Shown: positions 39,074 through 51,245, counted from the first letter of the stretch. The stretch: 64,000 nucleotides of DNA from Abditibacteriaceae bacterium (GCA_965277285.1 OZ255721.1:256001-320000), one strand, 5' to 3'. Notes: generated by a model not told the origin, from the sequence alone. A program made the numbers and translations.

Positions 39074-41701
39074 ATGTGGCAAAAATTTACCGAACGGGCG
39101 CGGCGCGTCATTTTGCTGGGGCAGGAAGAAGCCGGCAAAATGGGCAGCGGCCACGTCGGGACTGAGCACTTACTTTTGGGCCTGGTCAGCGAAAGCGAAG
39201 GTGTCGCTTCTCAGGTCTTGCAAAAGATGGGCGTCAGCCTGAGCAAAGTGCGCGAGCAGATCAACGATGAAGCCGAAACCGGCGAAGGCGAAAGCACCGG
39301 CAGCGAGCCGAAACTGACGCCCAAAGCCAAACGAGTACTCGAACTCGCGGCGGATGAAGCGCGCCGCATGCGCCACAACTACATCGGAACTGAACATTTG
39401 CTGCTGGCACTGTTGCGCGAAAAAGATGGATTGGCCGCCAAAGTTCTGCGCAAAATGGGCTTGAATCTGGACAAGGTGCGCACGCAAGTCATGGAGTATC
39501 TGGGCACTGATCCGGCGGAAACGCCAGCGGGAAGTTCGGGCAGCCCGTCGGATAAATCGAAAACGGGACGCAGCACGACTCCAGCACTGGACAGTTTTGG
39601 CCGCGACATCAACCAACTGGCGATAGAAGGCAAGCTTGATCCGGTCATTGGTCGCCAGCCGCAGATTGATCGCACGATCCAGATTTTGTGCAGGCGCACC
39701 AAGAACAATCCCGTTTTGGTTGGCGAACCTGGCGTTGGCAAAACCGCGATTGTCGAAGGTTTGGCGCAGCGCATCATTTCGCGCGATGTGCCCGAACCGT
39801 TGTTGGATAAGCGCATCGTCGCGCTGGACTTGGCGAGTGTCGTTGCAGGAACCAAATATCGCGGCGAGTTTGAAGAGCGCATGAAGCGCATTATGGCCGA
39901 GATTCGCGCCAGCAATGGCAAAATCATCGTCTTCATTGATGAGCTTCACACTATCATCGGTGCGGGAGCGGCAGAAGGCGCCATTGACGCCAGCAATATG
40001 TTGAAGCCAGCTCTGGCGCGCGGCGAAATGCGCTGCATCGGCGCTACGACGTTGGATGAATACCGCAAATACATCGAAAAAAGCGGCGCACTGGAACGGC
40101 GTTTCCAGATGGTTCTGGTGCCGGAACCGACAAGTGAAGACGCACTGGAAATCATGAAAGGCTTGCGCCCGAAATACGAAGATTTCCACCACGTCAAGAT
40201 TACCGACGAAGCCTTGAAAGAAGCTGTCGATTTGTCGCAGCGTTACATCACGGCGCGCCAACTTCCCGACAAGGCGATTGACTTGATCGACGAAGCCGGA
40301 AGCCGTGTCAAGTTGCAAATCGCTTTGCCGCCCAAAGAAATCCGCGAATTGCAGCGCGAGTTGGATGAAGTCAATGCGGAAAAGGAAGAAGCGGTCGAGA
40401 TCGAAAACTTCGAGAAAGCCGCCGAACTGCGCGAACGCAGCGACAGTTTGAAGGAAAAACTCGAAGCCGCCGAAGCTGCTTGGCAGGAATCGCGCGCTGA
40501 AGATGATGTGCAGCCGACCGTGACCGATGACGACATCGCGCACATCGTCAGCGAATGGACGGGCGTTCCAGTGCGTCGCCTGACCGAGGAAGAAACCGCC
40601 AAGTTGTTGCGCATGGAAGACGAAATGCATCAGCGCGTAATTGGCCAGGATGAAGCCGTCAAAGTCGTCTCGAAAGCGGTTCGTCGCGGTCGCGCTGGAC
40701 TCAAAGACCCGAAGCGGCCGGTCGGCGTCTTCATGTTCGTCGGGCCAACGGGCGTCGGCAAAACGGAAATGGCGCGCAGCTTGGCCGACTTCTTGTTTGG
40801 CGACGAGCAAGCCTTGATTCGCATCGACATGAGCGAGTACTCGGAACACTTCAACGTGTCGCGTATGTTGGGTTCGCCTCCAGGTTATGTCGGTTACGAT
40901 GAAGGCGGGCAGTTGACCGAAGCGGTGCGTCGCCGTCCTTATTCGGTTGTGTTGTTCGATGAAATTGAGAAAGCGCATCCCGAGATTTTCAACACGCTGT
41001 TGCAGATTTTCGATGACGGGCGCTTGACGGACGCGCAAGGTCGCACTGTCGACTTCAAGAACACGATCTTGATTATGACGAGCAACGTCGGAACCGGCGA
41101 TGCGGTGAAAAGCGTTGGTTTCCGCAAAACCGGCATCGAGGGCGACGAAGAAGCCGCCAACCGCGAAATGAAGTCGAAGGTCATGGAGGCTTACACCAAG
41201 CTGTTTCGACCCGAGTTTCGCAACCGTTTGGACGAAGTGATCGTGTTCCATCACCTCGACCAAGCGGAGATTTTGCAGATCGTCGATTTGATGGCGAAGC
41301 GCGTCACCAAAGAACTGGCAAACCGCGGCATGACGCTGGAATTGTTGCCCGCCGCGAAAGAATTGTTGTCGAAGGAAGGTTACGACCGCGCGTTTGGTGC
41401 GCGTCCTCTGCGCCGCGCCATTCAACGCTTGATCGAAGACCCGCTGGCCGAACGGTTGTTGATGAAAGATTTTAAGGAAGGCGACACGATTTACGTGGAC
41501 GCGCAAAACGGCGAAACCGTCTTCACCAACCAGAAGCCTGAAGGCTCGATCAGCGAAGCCGATGTCGCGGAAGTGGCCGCAGCGATTCAAGTCGCGGAAC
41601 CGGTTGCGGAAGTTGAAGAAGTCGCGGTTTCAAGCGAAGTCAAAGACGAAACGCCGCCTTCGCCCGAAGACCAGGATCGCCTGTCGAAAATGATGGAGTA
41701 A
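39074..41701 (+). CDS. clpC: ATP-dependent Clp protease ATP-binding subunit ClpC
   Basis: Clp-N repeats, [17 protein letters not shown] motif, [28 protein letters not shown] ClpP-docking loop, GARPLRR. Confidence 0.97.
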   Translation: MWQKFTERARRVILLGQEEAGKMGSGHVGTEHLLLGLVSESEGVASQVLQKMGVSLSKVREQINDEAETGEGESTGSEPKLTPKAKRVLELAADEARRMRHNYIGTEHLLLALLREKDGLAAKVLRKMGLNLDKVRTQVMEYLGTDPAETPAGSSGSPSDKSKTGRSTTPALDSFGRDINQLAIEGKLDPVIGRQPQIDRTIQILCRRTKNNPVLVGEPGVGKTAIVEGLAQRIISRDVPEPLLDKRIVALDLASVVAGTKYRGEFEERMKRIMAEIRASNGKIIVFIDELHTIIGAGAAEGAIDASNMLKPALARGEMRCIGATTLDEYRKYIEKSGALERRFQMVLVPEPTSEDALEIMKGLRPKYEDFHHVKITDEALKEAVDLSQRYITARQLPDKAIDLIDEAGSRVKLQIALPPKEIRELQRELDEVNAEKEEAVEIENFEKAAELRERSDSLKEKLEAAEAAWQESRAEDDVQPTVTDDDIAHIVSEWTGVPVRRLTEEETAKLLRMEDEMHQRVIGQDEAVKVVSKAVRRGRAGLKDPKRPVGVFMFVGPTGVGKTEMARSLADFLFGDEQALIRIDMSEYSEHFNVSRMLGSPPGYVGYDEGGQLTEAVRRRPYSVVLFDEIEKAHPEIFNTLLQIFDDGRLTDAQGRTVDFKNTILIMTSNVGTGDAVKSVGFRKTGIEGDEEAANREMKSKVMEAYTKLFRPEFRNRLDEVIVFHHLDQAEILQIVDLMAKRVTKELANRGMTLELLPAAKELLSKEGYDRAFGARPLRRAIQRLIEDPLAERLLMKDFKEGDTIYVDAQNGETVFTNQKPEGSISEADVAEVAAAIQVAEPVAEVEEVAVSSEVKDETPPSPEDQDRLSKMME

Positions 41702-41709
41702 GTTCGTTG

Positions 41710-41758
41710 TAAACCAAAGCCGCATCGAGTACTCGAAACTCGATGCGGCTTTGGTTTA
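41710..41758. terminator. Bidirectional terminator hairpin containing the 12-bp palindrome
   Basis: TAAACCAAAGCCGCATCGAGT-actcgaa-ACTCGATGCGGCTTTGGTTTA between convergent genes. Confidence 0.8.
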
Positions 41759-42538
41759 TCTATTTTGTGCGCAAGAAAAGCCGAGGTTCGACAGCAGTTT
41801 GCACTTATCGCATTTGAAGTCGAACTTGTGGTGCAAAGTTTCTGGGAGCAGCCATTCGCCGTCGCAAGACGGACATTTGCGCACGCGTTCCTGTTTGGCG
41901 CTTTTGCCGTAATAACGATGCAAATAGTAATACGTCGGCGTGTTCATCGCTTGCGAAATGACATCGCAAATTTCGCGTCCGCGTTTGGAAAGGCTGCTGT
42001 CGAAGTATCCCATTTCGCGCAATCCGAAACGTTCGCCCGTCGCGCAGTGCAACTGCAATGTATCGCACGCCTGATAATCGTTTTGCCAACCCAGAACTTG
42101 CTCTTGAATTTCGCCTGACTTTGCAGTTCCAGCCGGTATTTTGTAAAGCGGAATCGGATCGAAGCAATCGCCGCAACGAAGCGATGGTTCAAGTGACAAG
42201 AAAGTTGTAAACAGAATCAGGAAACTACAAGCAGAGCAAGAGCACATATTACAGCTATCCAAATCTTTTCCCAGAATGCTTACTGATGGCGATTCTAAAC
42301 CGGCTTTTGTCAAACGTTGCAGACTGCTTGTGACATAGAAGCCGTTGTTTGTGACCTCGAGAGAAGTTTGTTCCGGTAGCAGGAGAAATGCGCACAGGCC
42401 GTCTTTCTCGATAACAGACGGAAAATCGCGTCCCAAAATTTGGCCGTTCTTGTGCCACGAAGCCAGCAAATCTTGAAATTGCCATAGTTCATCTGATAAA
42501 TCGCCCTTCTGCTGAAGTTGAACTTCCGCAATATACAT
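41756..42538 (-). CDS. DUF2310 Zn-ribbon-containing protein
   Basis: NGQILGR, CSC, LRCGDCFDPIPLY, WQNDYQACDTLQ, PTYYYL, CPSCDGEW, FKCDKCKLLSN; start reassigned to MYIAE. Confidence 0.85.
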   Translation of the reverse strand: MYIAEVQLQQKGDLSDELWQFQDLLASWHKNGQILGRDFPSVIEKDGLCAFLLLPEQTSLEVTNNGFYVTSSLQRLTKAGLESPSVSILGKDLDSCNMCSCSACSFLILFTTFLSLEPSLRCGDCFDPIPLYKIPAGTAKSGEIQEQVLGWQNDYQACDTLQLHCATGERFGLREMGYFDSSLSKRGREICDVISQAMNTPTYYYLHRYYGKSAKQERVRKCPSCDGEWLLPETLHHKFDFKCDKCKLLSNLGFSCAQNR

Positions 42539-42859
42539 AATGGTCGCTTCCTCTTTATCGAGTACTCGATACGATTTTTCACATAACTTAACCGATTGTT
42601 CCAGTTTGGAGGTATTGCGCGAAATGGCGAAAAGGTGGCAGAATAAAAGCGAGAAAGCATCTTGTATCGCGTTGTGTTTTGCAAGCGACAGAAGCCTTTT
42701 TTGCGATTTGATAATCTGAAACATACGAACCTTTGGCGTATTCTTTGCCATCTTGGATAACGCCTTTCCTCGACGTTCTCGTTCCTGCTTTTGCCGTTGC
42801 AACATCATGCTTTGCAGTTGTTACCATGGCAGCCGTCGTTGCAGCCAAGGAGTCGCTCC

Positions 42860-43336
42860 ATGAAGAAGAGTTTGTCCTCGTCCTCGAAGTCATCTCGAAA
42901 TTCGTCCCCAGTCTTATTATCGCCCGCCAATCCTTCGTCTTCTGCTCGAAGCGATTCCGGCGCAGACGCTTCTGGCGCAGATGCACAAATCCGCGATTGC
43001 ATTGCGCAATCGGAAATCTTTTGCGCACAGGCGCGCGAAGCCGCTCGCTGCAAACGTTTCGACGCAGCGCGCGGACTTTTTTCCACCGCCGTTACATTAT
43101 GTCGCCGTGCCTTAACGTCCTTCGGCGACAGCGACAAAGCGTCAAATCCTTCGCACCTCACCCTCAAGCGTCACTTGGATTACATTCTTTCCGAAATGGC
43201 GGCTCACACGCAACTCGCGCGCAGTATGCAGCGACCGATGCATTCTCCCCTCAAAATCCAAACCGACGCACCCAACACTTTTCCCTCCAACAACCGCACT
43301 TCGAGTACTCGAATTCCCAAGCGCCCGCATTTTTGA
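42860..43336 (+). CDS. Hypothetical protein
   Basis: AAGGAG at 42847 before ATG; Ser-rich N-terminus and helical core; no family recognised. Confidence 0.5.
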   Translation: MKKSLSSSSKSSRNSSPVLLSPANPSSSARSDSGADASGADAQIRDCIAQSEIFCAQAREAARCKRFDAARGLFSTAVTLCRRALTSFGDSDKASNPSHLTLKRHLDYILSEMAAHTQLARSMQRPMHSPLKIQTDAPNTFPSNNRTSSTRIPKRPHF

Positions 43337-43354
43337 ACGCTGTAAACTTGGTTC

Positions 43355-44278
43355 ATGGATTGGACGAAACGCTTGAATCAAGTCGCGGTGCGCTTGCCCT
43401 TAGCGGGCAGCATCGAGATTTTGAACTGGGCTTACGAGCCGCATTTATCCGACAACGTGCCACATCGCCACACGTATTTTGAAGTGTGTCAAATTGGAGC
43501 GCACGGTCGCGGCGAATTTCGCGTCGCAGGCCAACCGCACCCGATTTCTTCCGGCGACCTTTTCATCGCGCGTCCGGGCGTGGTGCATCAAATCGTCAAT
43601 ACGGTGCGTCCGAAAATAGAATTGTCGTGGGTTTGCTTCAGTTGGATGCCGGAAAGAAGTTCCGGTGAGAGCCTTCAATTGTTGCGCGCCTTCGCCGATT
43701 CGGATGTGCTCGTCGCGCGCGATGAAAACCGTTGCGTTGCTTCGATATGGCAAGCCTTGCGCGTGATTTCTGCCGTCGATGTCGCAATTGGACAAGAGCA
43801 ACAAATTCTCGCGCTTTCGTCCGCGCTCCTTTTAGCGATTGCGCAAAGCGGCGCTGAAGTTCAACCTTCGCTTTCTTTTACTTCAGAAAACAACGACGGC
43901 AGCCGCTTGACAAAACTCGCTACGCGCTACATTCACGATAATCTCAATCGGCGTCTGACAGTGGAAGAAATTGCGCAACAAGTTCATTTGTCGCCACGCC
44001 ATCTGACGCGCTTGATGCAGCAATTTACCGGCGTCGCGCCTGCCGCTTACATCGAACGCGCGCGCATGGACAGAGCGCGCGCTTTGCTGCTACATTCGAG
44101 TACTCAATTGAAGGAAATCGCGCGCGAAGTCGGTTACGCCGATGTGCATCATTTCACGCGAGTTTGCACGCGCGTCTGGGGACAATCGCCTGGCGTGTTG
44201 CGTGCGCAAGGCGAAAATGCGAACGGAGAAAACGCGGCTGATGTCCTAAATCGCCAAAAGGTGGGCGCGCTCGTCTAA
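43355..44278 (+). CDS. AraC family regulator with cupin sensor domain
   Basis: PHRHTYFEV, RPGVVH, LSPRHLTRL, IAREVGYADVHHFTR, GQSPG. Confidence 0.93.
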   Translation: MDWTKRLNQVAVRLPLAGSIEILNWAYEPHLSDNVPHRHTYFEVCQIGAHGRGEFRVAGQPHPISSGDLFIARPGVVHQIVNTVRPKIELSWVCFSWMPERSSGESLQLLRAFADSDVLVARDENRCVASIWQALRVISAVDVAIGQEQQILALSSALLLAIAQSGAEVQPSLSFTSENNDGSRLTKLATRYIHDNLNRRLTVEEIAQQVHLSPRHLTRLMQQFTGVAPAAYIERARMDRARALLLHSSTQLKEIAREVGYADVHHFTRVCTRVWGQSPGVLRAQGENANGENAADVLNRQKVGALV

Positions 44279-44343
44279 AGATTTGGCTTATCAACGCGGG
44301 TTATGATTTCTTTATCCGACGAGAACCAAAACGGAGGCGGGAA

Positions 44344-45144
44344 ATGTTGACGAACGAGCAAGTTGAGTTCTATCAGGAAGACGGTTACGTGTTGGTGGAA
44401 GGTTTGCTTTCACCCGAAGAAGCGGCGCATTTGCGTCAGGAAACGCACGATCTGGCCAACCGATTGGCCGAGAAAAATCGTGCCGAAGACGCGACATGGA
44501 AGAGTGCCAAAGAAGTTTCCGGCGGCGTGCAAACGCAACTCAAGCATTGTCACGATGTGCAGTTTTACAGCGCGGCCTTTGCGCGTCTGATTGTCGACGA
44601 GCGTTTGGTCGGCCCGGCTTCGCAGTGCATCGGCAGCGAAAATGTACAGTTGCATCACACCAAGATGTTTATCAAGCCGCCGGAAAAGGGTTCGCCATTT
44701 CCGATGCACCAGGACGTGCCATATTTTCCGCACGACAATCACAGCATGATCGCCGCGATTATTCACTTCGATGACGCGCCAATCGAAAAAGGCTGCTTGC
44801 GCGTCGTTCCGGGTTCTCACAAGATGGGGCCGATTCCACACGAAGGCAATTTTCATTTGCCCTTCGATCAGTATCCGCTTGAAAGCGCCGTGCCGCTGCC
44901 CGCCAAAGCTGGCGATGTCCTATTCTTTTCGTACTTGACGATTCACGGTTCGGGTATTAACCAAAGCAGCGAGGCGCGCACGACTTTACTGGTGCAAATG
45001 CGCGATCCTGCCGATAAGCCGAGCATTGATACGCACCATTCGCGCGGCCAGGGCATGATTCTGCGCGGCATCGACCCACTCACCGTGGAAGAAAATCTGC
45101 CCGAAACCGTCGGCGCCACGAATTCGATGGGCACAAGAATGTAA
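44344..45144 (+). CDS. Phytanoyl-CoA dioxygenase (PhyH) family 2OG-Fe(II) oxygenase
   Basis: FYQEDGYV, KPP, MHQD, GCLRVVPGSH, AGDVLFF, IHGS, R; GGAGG SD. Confidence 0.93.
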   Translation: MLTNEQVEFYQEDGYVLVEGLLSPEEAAHLRQETHDLANRLAEKNRAEDATWKSAKEVSGGVQTQLKHCHDVQFYSAAFARLIVDERLVGPASQCIGSENVQLHHTKMFIKPPEKGSPFPMHQDVPYFPHDNHSMIAAIIHFDDAPIEKGCLRVVPGSHKMGPIPHEGNFHLPFDQYPLESAVPLPAKAGDVLFFSYLTIHGSGINQSSEARTTLLVQMRDPADKPSIDTHHSRGQGMILRGIDPLTVEENLPETVGATNSMGTRM

Positions 45145-45165
45145 GTTGCCGTTGTCGAATGAACT

Positions 45166-45204
45166 AAAAGCCGCATCGAGTTTCGAGTACTCGATGCGGC
45201 TTTT
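45166..45204. terminator. Bidirectional terminator hairpin containing the 12-bp palindrome
   Basis: AAAAGCCGCATCGAGT-ttcgagt-ACTCGATGCGGCTTTT; the 37-bp core is the exact reverse complement of 41716-41752. Confidence 0.8.
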
Positions 45205-45229
45205 CAGCTTGCGTTTCAACTATGTGAAT

Positions 45230-46666
45230 TCATGGTACCCGCGAGGCGAGCCAGAAGAGGCGCGCGGCGGCGCCATTAGCGAGCAGAGTTTTGACCAGAG
45301 GCCGATCTTTCACGGCCAAAGATTGATACTTCGGCTCTTGTGAACGTTCGGAAGCGTCGTAATCGGGCGCGATGGTTTGTTCTGTCATCTTTTCCCAATC
45401 GTTAAGTTGAGCATCGCCGATGGTATACAGGCGCATATTCCGCCAGTAGAAGCCATCGGTATCGCGCAAATGGTCGTAAGCGTAGCGCGCACTTCTTGTA
45501 ATCGCCACGCGCGCGTCAGCAGCTAACTTCGCATCGGGTGTGACCTGCGAGACTTGAAGCAGTCCGTCCGCCAGATAGTGGACAAAGTAAATTCCGTCCC
45601 AGAAGTATCGTTTGTCGGGGTCTGTGACTTTGGAATCGAACAACGCGCCGTCCTTGTTGAGAGCGGCACGCGCCAGTTTGGTCGCCATCGCCAGGCTCGC
45701 TGGATTTTTGGTCAGGCGATAATGCTCAATGTAGGCGCGCATCGGAATGCCGGTATTGTAAGTCCACTTGACGCGGCGCACATCCCATTTCGGCGGCGTC
45801 AGCGCGTCCATTATCAATCCGTCGGTGTCCTGCAAATGCGTTGTCAGCCAGGTCAGGACAGTTAATCCCCAATTCGTATAGAACTTGGTGTCCGCACCGG
45901 CGCGTGCGAGTACGAGAGCCGCCAGAGTGGAGCCAGCGGTGGACGAAGTGCCGCGATCTCCCGTGTTGGGTTTTGCGGGATCGCTTCCCCAATGCGTTCC
46001 GCCGGGCTTTCCTGTCGTATCGTAACCCTTGACGAGATAGTTCGCCATGACGCTTTTAGCGCGATCCAAATACTGCGCCGCGCGAATGGGATCGGTAGCA
46101 CGACACGCCATCGAAGCCTCCGCAAACACGAGCACAACCCACGCGTTGTCATCGTAATAAGCGTCGATGTTGCCTGGAAAATGCACCCACGAACTGTAGG
46201 CTCCAAGATCGGTGCTGTAGTATTGCTGCAGTCCGTCAAATACCATAGCAATCTGCTTGGTGTACTGTCCTGGATGGACCTTTTCCGCTTCGACCAGGGC
46301 GTGCATCCCAACCAAAGACGGCCACAACGTGTAGCCTCGGTCGTGCAGCGCATCGCTGGGCACGGTTTCCGAACTGAGAACTGGCGCGCGGAACATCTGA
46401 GAGCTTTTGTCCCAGAAAAGGCTCATGCTGGCTTGCGTCAAACGCTCGCCTTCCGCGCTGAACGACAATGTGCCTTTAGAAATTGTGGTCGTTGAGGGCG
46501 TTGGCGTCATGGTCGGCGTCGCGGACACCGGAAGCGCCGTGGAAGCCGCGGGTATTGAGGAGTCCGCGAGATCATCGTTTTTGCAACCATTTCCCAAGCT
46601 CAACGAAAGACCGGACGCCGCAATTACGCCCAGGAACTCTCTTCGATTCAGTCGCTCACGGCTCAT
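45230..46666 (-). CDS. Tat-exported lipoprotein, GH76 (alpha-1,6-mannanase-like) family
   Basis: NRREFL Tat motif, LGNGC lipobox-like, YYDDNAW catalytic DD, WTYNTG. Confidence 0.85.
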   Translation of the reverse strand: MSRERLNRREFLGVIAASGLSLSLGNGCKNDDLADSSIPAASTALPVSATPTMTPTPSTTTISKGTLSFSAEGERLTQASMSLFWDKSSQMFRAPVLSSETVPSDALHDRGYTLWPSLVGMHALVEAEKVHPGQYTKQIAMVFDGLQQYYSTDLGAYSSWVHFPGNIDAYYDDNAWVVLVFAEASMACRATDPIRAAQYLDRAKSVMANYLVKGYDTTGKPGGTHWGSDPAKPNTGDRGTSSTAGSTLAALVLARAGADTKFYTNWGLTVLTWLTTHLQDTDGLIMDALTPPKWDVRRVKWTYNTGIPMRAYIEHYRLTKNPASLAMATKLARAALNKDGALFDSKVTDPDKRYFWDGIYFVHYLADGLLQVSQVTPDAKLAADARVAITRSARYAYDHLRDTDGFYWRNMRLYTIGDAQLNDWEKMTEQTIAPDYDASERSQEPKYQSLAVKDRPLVKTLLANGAAARLFWLASRVP

Positions 46667-46854
46667 CAGATGGTAACTCCTTCAGTGGCTTATCGTGCGA
46701 CTTCAAGAAACGTTGTTGCCAAGCATAAACACGTCAATTAAGGCAGAAATGACGTATTAAAGCTGAGATTGACTTATAGCAGAATGGGGAAGATTGTTTG
46801 CGCAGTTTAACTGACGCGCCAAACTACGCGATGCGCGCGGGTTATAATTTTCGC

Positions 46855-47859
46855 ATGACATCAGACAGAAGTACGACACCAACGAACAATTCAATTCTCC
46901 ATCAGGCACGGCAGATTTTTGAAATTGAAAGCCAGGCGATTGCGCAATTGAGTACTCGATTGGACGCGCAATTTGAACGCGCCGTGCAACTCGTGCTGGA
47001 TTGTCGCGGGCGCGTTGTTGTGACTGGCATTGGGAAAAGCGGCGCGATTGGGCGCAAAATCGCCTCGACTTTCGCATCGACCGGAACGCCCAGCTTGTTT
47101 CTTCATGCAGCCGAAGGCTTGCACGGCGATTTGGGAATGGTCGCGCCCGGCGATGTTCTGGTGGCCATTTCCTACGCGGGACGCACGCCGGATTTACTTT
47201 CGATTTTGCCGGTCGTGCGCGACATGAAAGTGCCGATTATCGCCATTACGGGCAAGCGCGATTCACTTTTGGCGACCGAATCGGACATCGTTTTGGATGT
47301 CAGCGTCGAGCGCGAAGCGTGTCCATTGAACTTGGCGCCGACGAGTTCGACAACCGCGAGTCTGGCGATGGGCGATGCGCTGGCGATTTGCGCGATGACG
47401 GTGCGCGGCTGGTCACACGACGATTTCGCGCGCTTTCATCCCGGCGGAACGCTGGGCAAAACTTCCAAGCTACGCGTCGAAGAATTGATGCGCACCGGCC
47501 AACGCTTGGCGATTGTCCTCGCAAACGCGACAATGCGCGAAGTTCTCAAAGCAATTACGCACGCGCAAAGCGGCGCCGCGGTTGTTGTCGACGCCAATCG
47601 AGTACTCGTTGGCTACATTACGGACGGCGATGTGCGGCGCCATCTATTGAACTGCGATAACGCCGAAGATTGGCTTCGTTCGGATGTACAATCCAATATG
47701 ACGCGTTCGCCTTTGTCATTCGCGCCGCCGATGATGGCGATTGACGCGTTGCGCGCCTTGCAAGAACGCGGCGTCGATGACGCTCCGGTCGTCGATGAAA
47801 ACAATCATCCGGTCGGCGTTTTAGATGTGCAGGAACTTTTGCGCGCCGGTTTGGTTTGA
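46855..47859 (+). CDS. kdsD: Arabinose-5-phosphate isomerase (KpsF/GutQ family; SIS plus CBS)
   Basis: VTGIGKSG, STGTPS, HGDLG, EACPLNLAPTSST, HPGGTLG, TDGDVRR. Confidence 0.93.
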   Translation: MTSDRSTTPTNNSILHQARQIFEIESQAIAQLSTRLDAQFERAVQLVLDCRGRVVVTGIGKSGAIGRKIASTFASTGTPSLFLHAAEGLHGDLGMVAPGDVLVAISYAGRTPDLLSILPVVRDMKVPIIAITGKRDSLLATESDIVLDVSVEREACPLNLAPTSSTTASLAMGDALAICAMTVRGWSHDDFARFHPGGTLGKTSKLRVEELMRTGQRLAIVLANATMREVLKAITHAQSGAAVVVDANRVLVGYITDGDVRRHLLNCDNAEDWLRSDVQSNMTRSPLSFAPPMMAIDALRALQERGVDDAPVVDENNHPVGVLDVQELLRAGLV

Positions 47860-47868
47860 ATCGTGAGA

Positions 47869-47970
47869 GTTACGCGGACTTCGTTCGCAAAAACGGCGCG
47901 ACTTGGGCGCGATTTTCGTTAAAAAAGTCGTGTTTCTTTGCGCCGTGTTTGCGAACGAAGTCCACGTAAC
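47869..47970. repeat. Long imperfect inverted repeat (REP/MITE-like) between kdsD and thiC
   Basis: GTTACGCGGACTTCGTTCGCAAAAACGGCGC...GCGCCGTGTTTGCGAACGAAGTCCACGTAAC. Confidence 0.7.
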
Positions 47971-47995
47971 CATCGCAAAGAGAACGAAGCCGTTT

Positions 47996-49438
<1,443 letters not shown>

Positions 49439-49444
49439 AAACCG

Positions 49445-49478
49445 AAAAGCCTGCATCAGTGACGATGCAGGCTTTTTC
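49445..49478 (+). terminator. Intrinsic terminator after thiC
   Basis: AAAAGCCTGCATC...GATGCAGGCTTTTTC. Confidence 0.8.
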
Positions 49479-49522
49479 TGATTCTTGTCTTGGTCAAAGT
49501 GCTATGAAATCGAGTACTCGAT

Positions 49523-50317
49523 ATGACTGCCTACCAAATCGAGCCGGAATTGTTGCGAGGAACTCCGCGCGTTTTGAAACGGCGCGGCAGCGGCGCGTTT
49601 ATGAACGGATGTGGTGTTGTACTTTCTGCGCCACTAACAACAATTGGTTTAATTGTTTTCTTGTGTTTGCTTTACAGCACGGTGAGTTTGCCATTTCATC
49701 CACTTCTGCCCGCACAAGTAACTTCTCGAAAGACGCTGAAGCGTGATGGCGACTTGACTTATTATTTGGCATACAAGTACCGTTATGGAAATGTCTGGCT
49801 TCACAACAAACGAGCCGTCAGTCTTCAGGATTACCAAACTACTCAAGTGGGAAGTCGCGTCCATGCGAAACGGTTGCCACCGTTCCATGATGAACAACTG
49901 GTAATGCCAAACGGCAATGCTTATCCTTCTTTCTCGACTTTGTATGGGCCGCGATGGTATCTCACTATCGTGCTGAACATATGTTTTGCGACTTTTTTGT
50001 GGGCTTCGTGGATACTGCCGCGACGCCGCAAGGCACTGGTTGAACTCGGCATTCCAGTGGAAGGCCGGATCTACGGTAAAACAGAAGGCCATGCACGAGG
50101 CTCAGGTCCGAAAATCCATTACCAGTATTCTGTACACGAAACGCCAGGCTTGAGTTCTACGACGCAACAGCCGGAAACCCACTTTGGATATATGGAAGTC
50201 AGCAATTCTGAGTACAACGCCGCAGTTAAAGGCGATGCCGTTACCGTTTTATATGATGTAAAAAACCCAAAGAGCAGCCTAATGTACCGCTACGCCGATT
50301 ACGAAGTCGTTGCTTGA
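49523..50317 (+). CDS. DUF3592-like membrane protein (copy 1 of a tandem array)
   Basis: QIEPELLRGTPR start, two TM helices, G..VEGRI, IHYQY, GDAVTVLYDVKNPKSSLMY. Confidence 0.75.
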   Translation: MTAYQIEPELLRGTPRVLKRRGSGAFMNGCGVVLSAPLTTIGLIVFLCLLYSTVSLPFHPLLPAQVTSRKTLKRDGDLTYYLAYKYRYGNVWLHNKRAVSLQDYQTTQVGSRVHAKRLPPFHDEQLVMPNGNAYPSFSTLYGPRWYLTIVLNICFATFLWASWILPRRRKALVELGIPVEGRIYGKTEGHARGSGPKIHYQYSVHETPGLSSTTQQPETHFGYMEVSNSEYNAAVKGDAVTVLYDVKNPKSSLMYRYADYEVVA

Positions 50318-50339
50318 ATTCAGCGCAATCGAGTACTCA

Positions 50340-50990
50340 ATGAATACACCTTTGGCCAATTCCCATCAAATTGAACCAGAATTATTGCGCGGCACGCCGC
50401 GTCCTGTGCACTCCATAGGGGGAGGAATCATTGAGAGATATGGTCGCATCTTCCTTGTTCCGCTCATTTTGACTGGCATCGCCAGTTTGCTGGCGGCTAT
50501 TTTGACGGCAGTCGGCGTGCTGTACGCACAACTTTCGGGCGCGAACGGGCACAAGATCCCCATACCGTCTTGGGATATTCCGTCGATGCTGAGTTACGGC
50601 TTCGTCGGACTTTTAGTGTGGCAATTCTACGTGCCGGCCGCCCGAGCACGCAAGTTGGTGGAAAGAGGCGTGCCAACCGTTGGACGTATCACGAACAAGA
50701 CAATAGCAGGCGATGGTGCGGAAGGTAGTGATGTTTATTATCTGCACTACGAATATGCGCCCATCGAATACGCGACGAACGGCCCGAAACTGCAAGGCAA
50801 TGCCTTCGCGTCGCAATCTTCGACGTTTTCTTCGCAGCCTCTCGCGTCAACGTTCAAAGGAAAAACGGCCTTGAGCGAGAAAATATACAATGCGATACAA
50901 ACCGGCAGTACCGTGACTGTTTTGTTCGATGCAAATCATCCTGAGCGCAGCCTGCTTTATCGCTTTGCCAACTACAAAGTCGCTGCTTGA
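50340..50990 (+). CDS. DUF3592-like membrane protein (copy 2)
   Basis: QIEPELLRGTPR, two TMs, YYLHYEY, GSTVTVLFDANHPERSLLYRFANYKVAA; paralogue of copy 1. Confidence 0.78.
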   Translation: MNTPLANSHQIEPELLRGTPRPVHSIGGGIIERYGRIFLVPLILTGIASLLAAILTAVGVLYAQLSGANGHKIPIPSWDIPSMLSYGFVGLLVWQFYVPAARARKLVERGVPTVGRITNKTIAGDGAEGSDVYYLHYEYAPIEYATNGPKLQGNAFASQSSTFSSQPLASTFKGKTALSEKIYNAIQTGSTVTVLFDANHPERSLLYRFANYKVAA

Positions 50991-51012
50991 ACTCAGCGCA
51001 ATCGAGTACTCG

Positions 51013-51245
51013 ATGAACACACTTTTGGCCAACGCACACCAAATCGAGCCGGAATTGTCATGCGCTATACCATGTGCGTAACACAATAATAAAGACGAAA
51101 ATTGTTAACAATTGTCAGCGTATCTTCCTTGTGCCATTCATTTTGACTGGCATCGGTCTTTTGCTGATGGCGCTTTTTGATTTTTGCTCGGTCGAGCATT
51201 CTTTGAAATCGGTGCGGCGCGCCGATGTCTATCAACGCAGAGAAT
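51013..51245 (+). pseudogene. Degraded 5' fragment of a third DUF3592-like copy
   Basis: MNTLLANAHQIEPEL, then frameshift and stop; RIFLVPFILTGI in another frame matches copy 2 RIFLVPLILTGI; a palindrome follows at 51246. Confidence 0.75.

Noticed and set aside
39170..41590. 806-aa antisense ORF
   Set aside because: Lies wholly opposite clpC; typical shadow from codon bias, no motifs.
42539..42808. ORF-track N-terminal extensions (DUF2310; also cytochrome 20153-20215, DZR 60889-61062, M48 12790-12876)
   Set aside because: They run through intergenic DNA or repeats; family-like sequence begins at downstream ATGs.
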